Numbered from the stretch's first letter, positions 48,201-57,938 are shown. The stretch: 64,000 bases of DNA from an uncultured virus (IMG/VR IMGVR_UViG_3300048597_000249) (IMGVR_UViG_3300048597_000249); one strand, 5' to 3'. The notes: generated by a model not told the origin, from the letters alone. Numbers and translations are program-made.

Positions 48201-48516
48201 AACTATTGGCACTACGTATCACATCCTCATCACCCTTAGTAAACATACCAAACCACAACCACCACAATTTATCGACCAAACTTTTTTTCATAGACACCAT
48301 ATCTTTCTGCTCTAATTTACCTGCTGCTAAAAACATTTTCTTCCATATTTTTTTACGCTCATCACTCATTACTTTTTCAATACTGTTCGTCCAAATATCC
48401 AATCCTTTTTCAATACTCTCTTCCGCAATATTTTTTCGCGCAAATTCAACAACATTATTATTTACCGCTTCTTCTAAACTTTGTCCCAACAAATTAGTTA
48501 ACATATATCCATACAA
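45244..48516 (-). CDS. Extended head morphogenesis (MuF/gp7-like) protein
   Basis: RIVSTELSAAYNMG..W..RTCVAC..PSHPHCLC, with long extensions and hydrophobic helices. Confidence 0.8.
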   Translation of the reverse strand: MYGYMLTNLLGQSLEEAVNNNVVEFARKNIAEESIEKGLDIWTNSIEKVMSDERKKIWKKMFLAAGKLEQKDMVSMKKSLVDKLWWLWFGMFTKGDEDVIRSANSFFSNKEVENVAEFNDAIQRIKDVINQLTRELKAKQSERFNVAKTLNSKRLQEKTLLERAIRLGREPDANLTADLTRQIGDLENQIRDYDKEINNTNTTINTLKQQAKELKIKPKEIIPKVGTIENTPEYKKVQKQYQEKITKVVEKKKKEKTIDVDARQKKYEQIKDPNKKEITRELDLRRSKEEIRTKEAPLFMESSDFGRIYVRKRLDYIGDVYTGKTRENMEEVFNTLNQGYEKGDTKLPNPIQKYFERYPMTKAQGVKDLLQPDGTVATKEQIRGNRIIAEQDIPIPGSTQAIAGRRIKPKATANLSDYQVTQLIDSVEKMFVDDPKRKNKLLNNVNRIVSTELSAAYNMGRMHGMYRSGVRYVRWINDYEMRKTGRTCVACTARAMGRSSKAKLPDSLTGVYTLEEILTERQLAIPSHPHCLCWLRPLNDEENKLITNAAIPTTSQESLMTALAATGVGGAANINYGAEGEENRTSWYATAAKIGVTAVAMGMAYWYLRRSFVAKDAANLLRKKGVDIAERADERRLGDVKMPVTKEQLDASVALTDVINDPEPDIATKTKLVGQDALGQNVYRQVPMIDLSTLKPKERELVVNLSINPFAETIALETGALEQMRKITPDTPLEKIGEIDSALKLGRKIYVETNDEINITLLAEDTSPNLKQALERIAEENDRQIKRIDNFEKKLTSEYDDIANIKYNPQDLLETYQQLPEKYKKYLTRGLKTRSDGLERLYEEYRNKRVITRKDMMKIKNYVAQVNKKNRTTLEEIKKYLQENNLDDKFLGKLDKVDLPYNSDKITDSNLTPLGKMRDNLQFIGEGTNMLYEEIVTNKNKISPSYRIKLRDGLVSDPFITPKQMENIAQDNIPSMKDRTVVGEDLKKTVLKADQRVRTDALSKRRKAVKELSKTLSILDRAKGSDTTNIRYASVEILRKMNVDITGMNNAEIKRNVKELVKQLKEEIYKLQYVEFAQYQKKWATFGAPK

Positions 48517-48539
48517 AATTAAACAATTTAAATAAACCT

Positions 48540-49232
48540 ATGCCACACGTTCATCAAAAAAAAGAAAAATACAACATACCTTATTGTAAAACACCTAAAG
48601 AAGTTAAAGAATATGTTCAAGCTATTTACAACATGTCGGAAATCACCGCCATGGTGAAACGCTATTACGACACTACCTATCCCACTGGTACTCGTCTTGG
48701 TCAAGCAAGAATTCGCGCTATGTTAATGTTCATGTTTGACGTAATCGCATACATTGTTTACAACGGCGACAACGTAACTATTCCTGGTTTTGGCGTATTT
48801 AAATCACACAGCGTAAAAGGAACCCACATGTATAATCATCTGCGTGACCAGATGGTATATCGACCAGCATTTAAGCGTGTTTCTTTTCAGACACATAAAC
48901 GTTTTGCCAGTATCATGAACAATCAAAGTGAGGAAGGATTCGGCGATAATGAACAAATTTTGCGTGACTTACATGATTTCGATAATCCTCCCCCTGAAAA
49001 AGTAGATGAATTGGAAAAACTGAAAAATAAATTGTTAGCACGACTCGCCGAAAATATTGTTGAAGAAGAAAATAAACCGAAAAAAACTTATACCAAAAAA
49101 GAACCAAACACCACCAAAACGAACGCAGCTAAAAAGAAACCTGTTCGGCGTAAAAAATCAACTACTGCAACATCCCGCAAAAAGAAAACTACCACCTCTA
49201 AAACTCGTTCAACTCAGACTGAAAAAAATTGA
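48540..49232 (+). CDS. HU/IHF-like DNA-binding protein with Lys/Thr-rich tail
   Basis: GDNVTIPGFGVFK...RPAFKRVSF; basic C-terminus. Confidence 0.8.
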   Translation: MPHVHQKKEKYNIPYCKTPKEVKEYVQAIYNMSEITAMVKRYYDTTYPTGTRLGQARIRAMLMFMFDVIAYIVYNGDNVTIPGFGVFKSHSVKGTHMYNHLRDQMVYRPAFKRVSFQTHKRFASIMNNQSEEGFGDNEQILRDLHDFDNPPPEKVDELEKLKNKLLARLAENIVEEENKPKKTYTKKEPNTTKTNAAKKKPVRRKKSTTATSRKKKTTTSKTRSTQTEKN

Positions 49233-50040
49233 CATAATCATTTTCCCATCGTTCCAATTTATACGCCGCATCCCCATCGGTGTAATATTTTCGCGCTTCG
49301 TTATATAACTTTTGTACCAATCCTGCAATTGTCACACAGCACAAATCAACAAAACTTGATTCGAGCAACAGTTGGTCTTCTGCGCTAAATTTCGGCGCTA
49401 CAACATATACTCTCGCATTATCGCCGTATAACTTTTTCAACGTCATATATCTACCAGTATTCACTACATGCGCCAGAACAGCGTTTAAAGAGCCGCTACC
49501 AGACAAAACGATATAACCCTCATGCATTTCGCCAACACGTCGATATAAGTCGAAAAATACTCGCTTATCGTTGTTTATGGGATTGACGTAACACTTGTTG
49601 ATTGAAAAAGGATTGGTTGTTTCACTGCTCATTTCGGCGAACATTCTATTTAACTTATTTGTTTCGGCGATTAAATCTTTTTTGTCTTCTTCCACAGTAG
49701 CTAATTTTTCAATACTAGTCATATTTTTATCTTCGTAAACTCGGTCATTATTTTTATTCACTTTAATTATTTTTTTCTTCTTATTACTGGTTACATGTTG
49801 ACAGATATTTACAAAATCTTCGCCAAGATTAGTTAGATAAATCTCAGTTCCACCATAAAGTATGAAAAATTTATTATCGGGTTCGTCAGAAATATAACGC
49901 AGAACATACTCTCTTTTCTTTTTAATTATTTCTTTTTTTAATGATTGTTCTTCCGACCAGTTTGAAAAAGATTTGGCAATTATTTTATTATCGTCGTTAA
50001 CTAAATAACTTTTACCATTAACTCGTTTTCGTTTCAACAT
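49198..50040 (-). CDS. Hypothetical protein
   Basis: 280-aa ORF. Confidence 0.55.
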   Translation of the reverse strand: MLKRKRVNGKSYLVNDDNKIIAKSFSNWSEEQSLKKEIIKKKREYVLRYISDEPDNKFFILYGGTEIYLTNLGEDFVNICQHVTSNKKKKIIKVNKNNDRVYEDKNMTSIEKLATVEEDKKDLIAETNKLNRMFAEMSSETTNPFSINKCYVNPINNDKRVFFDLYRRVGEMHEGYIVLSGSGSLNAVLAHVVNTGRYMTLKKLYGDNARVYVVAPKFSAEDQLLLESSFVDLCCVTIAGLVQKLYNEARKYYTDGDAAYKLERWENDYVNFFQSELNEF

Positions 50041-50117
50041 TGGCGTAGCATTATTAGTTACGCCATTATTTTAAAAGTTGTTATTTTGTTTTATTGCGCC
50101 GAATTATTAAAACTTTA

Positions 50118-51845
50118 TTAAACTTTAAACAAACTTCCCACTTCACACAAATCTAATTCACTACGCAATTCACCCATTTTTGCTTCAAACGATTCGTCAA
50201 TTACGCCAATCGTCGGCATTTCATCACGCATATCAACAGCATACTCTCTCGCCATACCGCCACTACGATGAAAATCATTCTTCATCACATAGTTAATAGC
50301 TTGACTCAACGCATCCACAAAATCATTATTCAACGACTTGGGAAAAGTCAGTAACTGTTGTTTCACTTTTTCAGACTTCGCATGCACAGTCTTATCCGGT
50401 AACCATACTTTATTCTCCATAAATACCGGCAATGTTTGCGAAAATCGGGTAAACTTATCGCCACCATATTCTCTCGGTGGGATTAATTCAATACGGTCAA
50501 ACAATGTTCTATATTCGCGCAATAAATAATCTGACAACGCTCGTCCATTACTACCCAACTCAATTAAATCAAACCTTGTTCGCCATTGTTTTTTTAATTT
50601 AATAATCGTATCTAATTGGTCTGGAAATGTATGTTTTTCCATCACAATGTCCAACACATAGAATTTTGCGCCAATAATACCAATAATCAAGTAACAACAG
50701 TAAGAACTAGTTTCGTCGATACTACCGTCACTTAAATCGGTTGAAGAAAATATAGAATCGAATAATTCCAACGCTGGTCGCATACCAACACCACTATTCG
50801 TCCAATAGCGCAAGTCGTCAGCTTTGATATACGCACCACCAGGAGGAACTGGATTCTGCTGAAATTGTGCTTCCCACTTGAACAGATTCTTTTTTTCTTC
50901 TTCGACAAATGCTCGTGAAAATAACTTTGGTTTCAACAATTGACCCACTGTGTCACGCTGGTCTACGCCACGATGCCCAATTAGTTTTACGCCGGTATAT
51001 TCCTCTGGTAACTTCAACACTACCCAATCTGTATACTCTCGCTGTAAATACCCCGACAGGTCATCCATACTAATACGCTGTTGAAGACAAACTTGGCGAA
51101 ATGTTTCTGGTTTTTGCCAACGTGTTCTTAATGCGCCATCGTAATATTCTGTTGCTGCACGTAATTTTGCCGGACTGTTTGCTTCTGTAGCGGCGTTAAT
51201 ATCATCCATGCAGATATAGTGGTAACCAAATCCAGTAGGAGGTGCACCTACTGACAAACCCATGCGATTACCGCCATCTTTGTTTTCGTAATAGCTTTTC
51301 AAATTCTGATCTTTCGACCATTCAAATAAATGTCCCCAATTGTTTTGAAACCAGTCACCATTAATTAAATCCCTACTTGCACGAGCATCACGTCCCGATA
51401 AATCTTTTCGGTAACTTACTGTAAGAATTTTATTGCGTGGATCTTGCAACCATAACCATACTGGATAAATTTGCGACAGGATAGTGGACTTACCACTACG
51501 AGGTGCAATTGAAATAATTAACTTTTGAAATTCTAGATCATATAACAACTCCATGTGATCGCAGATAACGTCGATATACCAAGCATGAACAAAATCTTCG
51601 CCAGTAATTGGTTTCCATGTTTGTGCTACAAATTCGGCGAGATCATAACGACATAATTCAACATTTACAGCTTGATAGTTGTCTAATAATCTTAAAAAAG
51701 TATCGTGCTTAGATAATTTTTCAACCGAAGCAATGTCAGTTAAACTTTTTATTTGTTTTTTTAGTTCATTCCATTCTTTACGTAACTCTTGCTTTTTATT
51801 ATTTCGTTCCTTGTTTGAAATAAGTATTATATTTTTCTTATCCAT
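50118..51845 (-). CDS. terL: Terminase large subunit
   Basis: APRSGKST Walker A, ICMDD Walker B, FQQNPVP, FPKSLNNDFVDALSQA nuclease end. Confidence 0.93.
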   Translation of the reverse strand: MDKKNIILISNKERNNKKQELRKEWNELKKQIKSLTDIASVEKLSKHDTFLRLLDNYQAVNVELCRYDLAEFVAQTWKPITGEDFVHAWYIDVICDHMELLYDLEFQKLIISIAPRSGKSTILSQIYPVWLWLQDPRNKILTVSYRKDLSGRDARASRDLINGDWFQNNWGHLFEWSKDQNLKSYYENKDGGNRMGLSVGAPPTGFGYHYICMDDINAATEANSPAKLRAATEYYDGALRTRWQKPETFRQVCLQQRISMDDLSGYLQREYTDWVVLKLPEEYTGVKLIGHRGVDQRDTVGQLLKPKLFSRAFVEEEKKNLFKWEAQFQQNPVPPGGAYIKADDLRYWTNSGVGMRPALELFDSIFSSTDLSDGSIDETSSYCCYLIIGIIGAKFYVLDIVMEKHTFPDQLDTIIKLKKQWRTRFDLIELGSNGRALSDYLLREYRTLFDRIELIPPREYGGDKFTRFSQTLPVFMENKVWLPDKTVHAKSEKVKQQLLTFPKSLNNDFVDALSQAINYVMKNDFHRSGGMAREYAVDMRDEMPTIGVIDESFEAKMGELRSELDLCEVGSLFKV

Positions 51846-51889
51846 TTGTCATTAGTATTTTATTATTTATACTAACAACAATTAAATAT

Positions 51890-54800
51890 TTATTGTTCTT
51901 GTTTGAAAAACGCTACATTATTATTCTTCTCCGCAAAGTTAAATAAATATAAATTATTCTGGCGCAATCTCAACAATTCACGATTCTTTCTCTCTGCCTG
52001 CATCAACACGTTTAAACTCGCTTCACTATTCCCCATCTCACCCAACAATCTTTTCAAATCTTCTTTATTCCGCACACCAACACCACTTAATTTATCCACT
52101 AACCCCACATTAGTAACCAACGGCATTCCATTTTCGTTAATACCCATTTGACGCATCAATCGGTCAATCATATTATTGCGAAATCTATTCTCACTTCCCG
52201 GCAACTTTTTCGGCATATTCTGCACCCCCAACAATCCATAACGATACGGTACTTTATCACCATTGCTGTCAGTCATGTATGTCGCAAATGATAATCCTTC
52301 CACACCCATACTTTCTAAGTTGCGAAACGTTTCTTGCACATCTCGCACTTTTTTACCCACCAAATCACTAGCTTTTTCACGTCCGGTTAAATATTCCATC
52401 GACCTATCCACTACACTTTTTTTCAAACCAAGTTTATTTGATACATCACTTGGTAATGCGATTGCATTGTCTACGTTGAAGGATTCTGGACGGCGAAATA
52501 CTCGTGATAACGCTTCAGTGTAGTAATAGCTCTGGAATTCCCGATCCATTTTTGTATCGGCAAAATTCTTCAACATATACTTTTCGTTATCGCCCAACCC
52601 ATTCCAATACTCTGCTTCTTTCGCATCTCGCAATGTTCCACTACGCAAATGGTCAAAGAACGTATCTTCACCCTCCAACTTTAATCCCGATTCGTTCATG
52701 TCGTAATAAATTTTGGCGATGGATTTACGCTTCGACTTTGATTTACTAACCGCACTCCCATAACGTTTTTCAAGGTGATCGATAACTTCTTTGTTTAATT
52801 CGGCAGCAGGTACATCAGTACGCATAATGCGGTCAGGACGAATTTCACCATTGTCGCCAATTTCATACTTGGGTTGTATTTTTGCCAATTCTTGCAAGTG
52901 TACCTTAGCGTCATCAATCAATCCTTTTTGTTTGAAAAAAGTGGATGTGATGTCTGTTTCGCCGAATTCGCTGGTATAGTTGCCCAATGCTTTGTTAACT
53001 TGGTCGGTTAATTTACGCATGCTCGGGTCATTACGATAAGTTAGATAGTCAATATCTTTCGCCAAATTATTTACTTCATTCTGTACACTGCGCAAAATAC
53101 CACCTTTACGCCGAATATAATCTTGTGTCAACTTATCTAATTGTTGTTCGATAGTGGTGACATTACTCATCTGTTTGGCGATATTATTTGTGCCGTACAA
53201 GTTCAGCAAACTAGCTTTCATATACGACACATCTTTGTCAATTTCCAAATCTTTTATTACACCCTGATATTGTTTACCGTCGATAATCCCACCTTGCATA
53301 ATTGCTTTTTTACGCCGCATAGTGTGATCAAGTATGTCGCCAGAATTAGCACCAACTTGCGCCAAACTACTGCTGTTACCATCGCTAATATTCGCCAAAT
53401 AGTCCTTATAGCGAGTGATATAACTTTCAGGGTTATGTAGGTCTTCAACAATAGCTACATTGCGTTCAAATCTACCTGCTCTCATTTCCAAGTAACCAAT
53501 TCCTTTTTCAACATCCCGAACGTAATCATTTACCGAGTTATTTGAAAAAATATTACCCACATAAATGTCATGATTGCGACTTAACGCATCATAATCTGCT
53601 TTAAATTGTTTTTCTAATTCGTGTAATTGTTTTATTTCGCCAGAAACTTTACCAAATATTTGTTTATATTTTTTTGGCATATTATCAAATTCAGCAAGTA
53701 TTCTTTTTTGTTCGCGCGATAAATTACGTTTTGTTAGCGGCAATTGTTTTAATTGCGCCGACAATTCTAATAATTCTTTTTGTTTCTCCACTAATTCCAC
53801 ACTAGGATTTTTTATTTTATTTTTTGCAGTTGTTTCTATTTTCTTAGCACTACTAATTAAATTATTTAACGAATCTAAATTGTTATCTTTATATTCGCCA
53901 AAATATTTACGTTGTTCCATTTGACGCATATTTTCCGCCAGTTGTTTACGTTGTCGCCATACGTCATTTGTTACCTCACTTTCGCTCAATCCTTCAAGCA
54001 GTAATTTTTCTTGTTCGAGTTTACTGCGCAATAATTTAACTTCGTCAGAATTTTCATACAAGTTTGCCAAATTATCGTTATATTTTTTCTTCATTAACTC
54101 CAACTCTGCTTTTAATTTCCGAGCTTGTTGTAATGATACTTCTGGTTGTTTTATTTTTTCTTCGACTTTTGCTAATTTTTCGACAATTTTATTTTCGGTA
54201 TTTTTAATTTGTTGACGATTTGTTTCAAAATAATTCGGCGCAAATGGATCTTCTAATGTATCCCGTAAACTACGTTCCAAACTCGCGATATCCTCGCCAA
54301 TGTTTGCCGTAGCAATAGGTTCGTCAAAAATATCAACCTGTGCATTCGCCGTATCTCGCCGTAATTGCGCTAATTTTTCCTTAAACGATTCTTTATCCGC
54401 ACTGATACTTTCTGCTGCTTGACGACGCAATCTGGTGTTTATTTCTTTCGCTTCACTTTCTAATCTGGCGACAGTATCAACATGATAAGCACTATTACGA
54501 TAGCGATCACGCATGTTTTCTTTTGCTGTTGGTGATACCGATGGATCGGATAATGTTGTCCCACCTTCGAGCAAGATTGGTGTTGTGTAATTCTGCGCCA
54601 AGTTATCTCGTGTGCTACGTACCGCATCTTGAATTTCGGCATTACGTTGTGTTACTAAATCATCTATTGCTTTATTTTTTTCAGCCGACCATACTTTGTC
54701 AGTTTTATTAATTCGCCGCCATTTTTTAGTTGTTGCGCCATCAGTTACTGTCTCATTTAAACTTTTGGCGATCCTATCCACTTCATCTTTTTTCAAGATA

Positions 54801-55333
54801 CGTTCTATTTTTCGCTCATGTCCTCGTACAAATGTACCATCACCTCTGTAATAACCTTTGATGTCAGCACTGGATGGAATCTTTGACCCTGGTGCGAGTA
54901 ATTTTTGTGGAGAAGGTGACGATACCTGTCCGAGTGAGGGGGTGTTTTTGCGCTGATTGATTTTGCTCTGTACCGTGTCCCAATCGAGGTCAGGTGTGCG
55001 TTGACGAATTAAGGCGAGTTTACCTGGTGGGTCGATGCGAAGTTGTGTGTTGCGATTTGGCAATTTTGCGCCAATATTATCCCAAACGTTACCAGTGGGT
55101 TTAGGTATGTTGTTGCGAATTTGTTGTTGAATCTGCGCAGATTGTGACGATGTTTTTATATTTGGCGCATTATTTAATTTTGGTATTCCACCCACATTCG
55201 GTATGGTACTATTCCCTCCTTTTCGCCGAGAAAGAAGATAAGCACCTGCACCAATTGCACCCAAACCGAGTGTACTTGCTGCTATTGCGATATTGCGTTT
55301 TTTGTCTTTTTTATTTTTTTTACGACGAACCAT
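51890..55333 (-). CDS. Large coiled-coil protein with N-terminal Gly-rich helix, probable virion internal protein
   Basis: LGLGAIGAGAYLL; KGYYRGDGTFVRGH motif; C-terminal VAFF. Confidence 0.6.
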   Translation of the reverse strand: MVRRKKNKKDKKRNIAIAASTLGLGAIGAGAYLLSRRKGGNSTIPNVGGIPKLNNAPNIKTSSQSAQIQQQIRNNIPKPTGNVWDNIGAKLPNRNTQLRIDPPGKLALIRQRTPDLDWDTVQSKINQRKNTPSLGQVSSPSPQKLLAPGSKIPSSADIKGYYRGDGTFVRGHERKIERILKKDEVDRIAKSLNETVTDGATTKKWRRINKTDKVWSAEKNKAIDDLVTQRNAEIQDAVRSTRDNLAQNYTTPILLEGGTTLSDPSVSPTAKENMRDRYRNSAYHVDTVARLESEAKEINTRLRRQAAESISADKESFKEKLAQLRRDTANAQVDIFDEPIATANIGEDIASLERSLRDTLEDPFAPNYFETNRQQIKNTENKIVEKLAKVEEKIKQPEVSLQQARKLKAELELMKKKYNDNLANLYENSDEVKLLRSKLEQEKLLLEGLSESEVTNDVWRQRKQLAENMRQMEQRKYFGEYKDNNLDSLNNLISSAKKIETTAKNKIKNPSVELVEKQKELLELSAQLKQLPLTKRNLSREQKRILAEFDNMPKKYKQIFGKVSGEIKQLHELEKQFKADYDALSRNHDIYVGNIFSNNSVNDYVRDVEKGIGYLEMRAGRFERNVAIVEDLHNPESYITRYKDYLANISDGNSSSLAQVGANSGDILDHTMRRKKAIMQGGIIDGKQYQGVIKDLEIDKDVSYMKASLLNLYGTNNIAKQMSNVTTIEQQLDKLTQDYIRRKGGILRSVQNEVNNLAKDIDYLTYRNDPSMRKLTDQVNKALGNYTSEFGETDITSTFFKQKGLIDDAKVHLQELAKIQPKYEIGDNGEIRPDRIMRTDVPAAELNKEVIDHLEKRYGSAVSKSKSKRKSIAKIYYDMNESGLKLEGEDTFFDHLRSGTLRDAKEAEYWNGLGDNEKYMLKNFADTKMDREFQSYYYTEALSRVFRRPESFNVDNAIALPSDVSNKLGLKKSVVDRSMEYLTGREKASDLVGKKVRDVQETFRNLESMGVEGLSFATYMTDSNGDKVPYRYGLLGVQNMPKKLPGSENRFRNNMIDRLMRQMGINENGMPLVTNVGLVDKLSGVGVRNKEDLKRLLGEMGNSEASLNVLMQAERKNRELLRLRQNNLYLFNFAEKNNNVAFFKQEQ

Positions 55334-55392
55334 ATTATTTTTTCTTCAAACTTTATTTATTTGTATTTATTTTAACCGTATTTATTTCGCAC

Positions 55393-55425
55393 AAAAAAAA
55401 AATCACCCTTGAAACGATGGGTGAT
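55393..55425 (-). terminator. Intrinsic terminator
   Basis: ATCACCC/GGGTGAT stem followed by a long T run on the minus strand. Confidence 0.75.
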
Positions 55426-55461
55426 GTGTCCAAGGAGGGATATGTCCAAAACATTATTATT

Positions 55462-55836
55462 TTAGCGCAATATTTTTCCAATAATATATTTATTTAATTT
55501 TGTTTGTCCATATATTTTCATCAGATTATTTAATTCTGTGATATTATTACAAACACCTTCTGTAAGATAGTTAGATAACCACATTTTCCATAACATTGGT
55601 GTGTTAGCATTTTCTACCCATAACAATACGTATTTTTTCATCGCTGGTTGTTGTAATTCAAATTTCACCATAGTTGGCGAAACATAGTAATACCACACTG
55701 GGTTATCTTCTTGTGTATGGTATGGTAAATTTTCGTATTTTTTTAGAGTTTCATAAACTGTTTGTAAAAACTGACTATCATCACGTATTAACTCAACGTT
55801 ATAACCATCTTCGACAAAATATTTTTTCGATAACAT
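55462..55836 (-). CDS. Hypothetical protein
   Basis: ORF in co-oriented accessory cluster. Confidence 0.55.
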   Translation of the reverse strand: MLSKKYFVEDGYNVELIRDDSQFLQTVYETLKKYENLPYHTQEDNPVWYYYVSPTMVKFELQQPAMKKYVLLWVENANTPMLWKMWLSNYLTEGVCNNITELNNLMKIYGQTKLNKYIIGKILR

Positions 55837-55848
55837 AATGTTTTATTA

Positions 55849-56214
55849 TTATTTAATTAAATGTTTATATTGTTCTTTAAATCTTGCGAATAAAGCATCA
55901 TGACAACTACGATTATCAACTAAATATTTTGTACAATCACTTCTTTTCAAATCTAAAATTTTGTCACAATAATCGCGAATATCCCAGACAACTTGTTGGT
56001 GAAGATAACTGGAATAAGCTTTATTTAAAGTTTTATCATTGACGTAGATAAAACGAGCACGATTATAAATAACCCATTTATTATGATTTCTATCGATATT
56101 AAATTCTATGTTGGTTATTTTATCTTTTACATGAACGTTATTTTTATCAAGAAATTTTAATTGAATAAATGATTTTTGTCTGAAAAACCATAATATACGA
56201 AGTTTGAAAAACAT
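55849..56214 (-). CDS. Hypothetical protein
   Basis: ORF in accessory cluster. Confidence 0.5.
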   Translation of the reverse strand: MFFKLRILWFFRQKSFIQLKFLDKNNVHVKDKITNIEFNIDRNHNKWVIYNRARFIYVNDKTLNKAYSSYLHQQVVWDIRDYCDKILDLKRSDCTKYLVDNRSCHDALFARFKEQYKHLIK

Positions 56215-56315
56215 TATTTTTTTTTAATATTTCAATTTTTAAAAATTAAACCGGCAGATCGTAACCTACCGGGGGCTGATTGTTTTCACAAATCAGGGGA
56301 GAGATTACATTATAA

Positions 56316-56744
56316 CTAAAAATTAAACCACCATTCATCACCAGTCACTTCTTCTTTTTTCAAACAAGATAGATATTGGTAATACTCATTGACATCGCTG
56401 TTATATTTTTCTTTAGCGTACTCGCGCATAATTTTAAGAAAATGTACAAACTTATAAGGTGTTTTAATTTTGTCGTACATTACTCCTTTTTGTAGAACAT
56501 TTTTGTAATACTCGGTGTTGTATTCCTGGTAAACAATGCGAAACATTTCGCCCATATCAAAATCAGCACCCATATAATCATTTACCATATACGCTTTCAT
56601 TTTCGCCAAACTATCCGTAGTATGTTTTCCACCATAATAAACAACATCTAACCACGCTTGCGGATAATTAGCTTCAACCGATGCTTTGTAACAATTTTTA
56701 TACACCGCTAAATCTGCTGTTCTCTGTAATAAATTATATTCCAT
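56316..56744 (-). CDS. Hypothetical protein
   Basis: ORF in accessory cluster. Confidence 0.55.
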   Translation of the reverse strand: MEYNLLQRTADLAVYKNCYKASVEANYPQAWLDVVYYGGKHTTDSLAKMKAYMVNDYMGADFDMGEMFRIVYQEYNTEYYKNVLQKGVMYDKIKTPYKFVHFLKIMREYAKEKYNSDVNEYYQYLSCLKKEEVTGDEWWFNF

Positions 56745-56749
56745 TGTGA

Positions 56750-57046
56750 TTAATTATTTTCTAAATTTTGTTGAGTAGGTTTCAATTCTCGAACACCATC
56801 TTGATAATCTTCTATCAACCTTTTCGCTCGCCCCATCGCCTCTTCTTGTTCTTTAACCATTTTGTCGATTATTGGCGACATCTCCCTGATGGACTCCTTC
56901 ACTTTGTCCGCAACTAGATCAAAATATCCAATTAAGGCTATTGTAAATTTTTCTCTTGCCTCTAGGTTATTTTCCAGTGACCGCAGAATAGCGGAACTTG
57001 ATTTATAAGGTTCTAACGATTTAACAACTTCTTTGTTAACAAACAT
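56750..57046 (-). CDS. Hypothetical coiled-coil protein
   Basis: ORF in accessory cluster. Confidence 0.55.
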   Translation of the reverse strand: MFVNKEVVKSLEPYKSSSAILRSLENNLEAREKFTIALIGYFDLVADKVKESIREMSPIIDKMVKEQEEAMGRAKRLIEDYQDGVRELKPTQQNLENN

Positions 57047-57048
57047 AA

Positions 57049-57576
57049 TTAAGTCCGATCCACAAATAATTTTTGGTCTGTTTTGTCGGGAAATATTTTA
57101 TTAACTTTGTCCATATTTAAATTACCACCTACTTGAATATTTACCGAATTACTCCCACTTTTTTGAGATTGTTGTATTGTTCTGTTAAAAAAATTTTCTC
57201 TCGGCGGAGTTAGTTTATTAATGAACTCAGCACATTCCTCTACACTCACACCACAATTCGCAATATTTTTCAATCCATTTTGCCAGTAGTCCAGTTCGTC
57301 AACTGTCACATCGACAAACCTTGTGAAAAAACGAGACATCTCATCTATGTCTGTAAAAGTATATGGCTCAAAGTACATCATTGGCGCAATCGGATCATAG
57401 TTAACACACCATTCACCCATTTTCAACCAAGGAAACAATTTTTCACATGCGCCAGAATTGCGCTTTAACGGCGTGTAGTGACCGTTCTGATACAAGTAGC
57501 CAAACTCATTATCAACACGTTTTATACGGCGAAATACAAGGGGGTATGACCATAATGGTTGAGTAACTGTTTCCAT
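57049..57576 (-). CDS. Hypothetical protein
   Basis: ORF in accessory cluster. Confidence 0.55.
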   Translation of the reverse strand: METVTQPLWSYPLVFRRIKRVDNEFGYLYQNGHYTPLKRNSGACEKLFPWLKMGEWCVNYDPIAPMMYFEPYTFTDIDEMSRFFTRFVDVTVDELDYWQNGLKNIANCGVSVEECAEFINKLTPPRENFFNRTIQQSQKSGSNSVNIQVGGNLNMDKVNKIFPDKTDQKLFVDRT

Positions 57577-57587
57577 AATATTATTTA

Positions 57588-57923
57588 TTATTTAATTGCG
57601 ATCATTAACCATATATTTTGTCGTATTGGTAAATGATACGCAAATTTTGCTTTATAAGAATAAGGTATCACTGCTTTATACTGCTCAAATATTAATTCGC
57701 TATCTTGATAATCTGAATCATAATTCATTGTTTTTATACGCAAACCTTTGACATACTTACTATCATCGGTTTTACCAAAATCTTCTCGAAAATTAACTAA
57801 TACAGATTTATTGCTAATAATTGATTCGCTATCTAATCTTAATGCACTGGTTAGCGGATGGATTAAATAACGACCACCATTATCAACCCAGTTGACGTTA
57901 GGTAGTATTGCGTTAAACTTCAT
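57588..57923 (-). CDS. Hypothetical protein
   Basis: ORF directly downstream of the crRNA-like unit. Confidence 0.55.
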   Translation of the reverse strand: MKFNAILPNVNWVDNGGRYLIHPLTSALRLDSESIISNKSVLVNFREDFGKTDDSKYVKGLRIKTMNYDSDYQDSELIFEQYKAVIPYSYKAKFAYHLPIRQNIWLMIAIK

Positions 57924-57938
57924 TATTCTATTCGTGCT

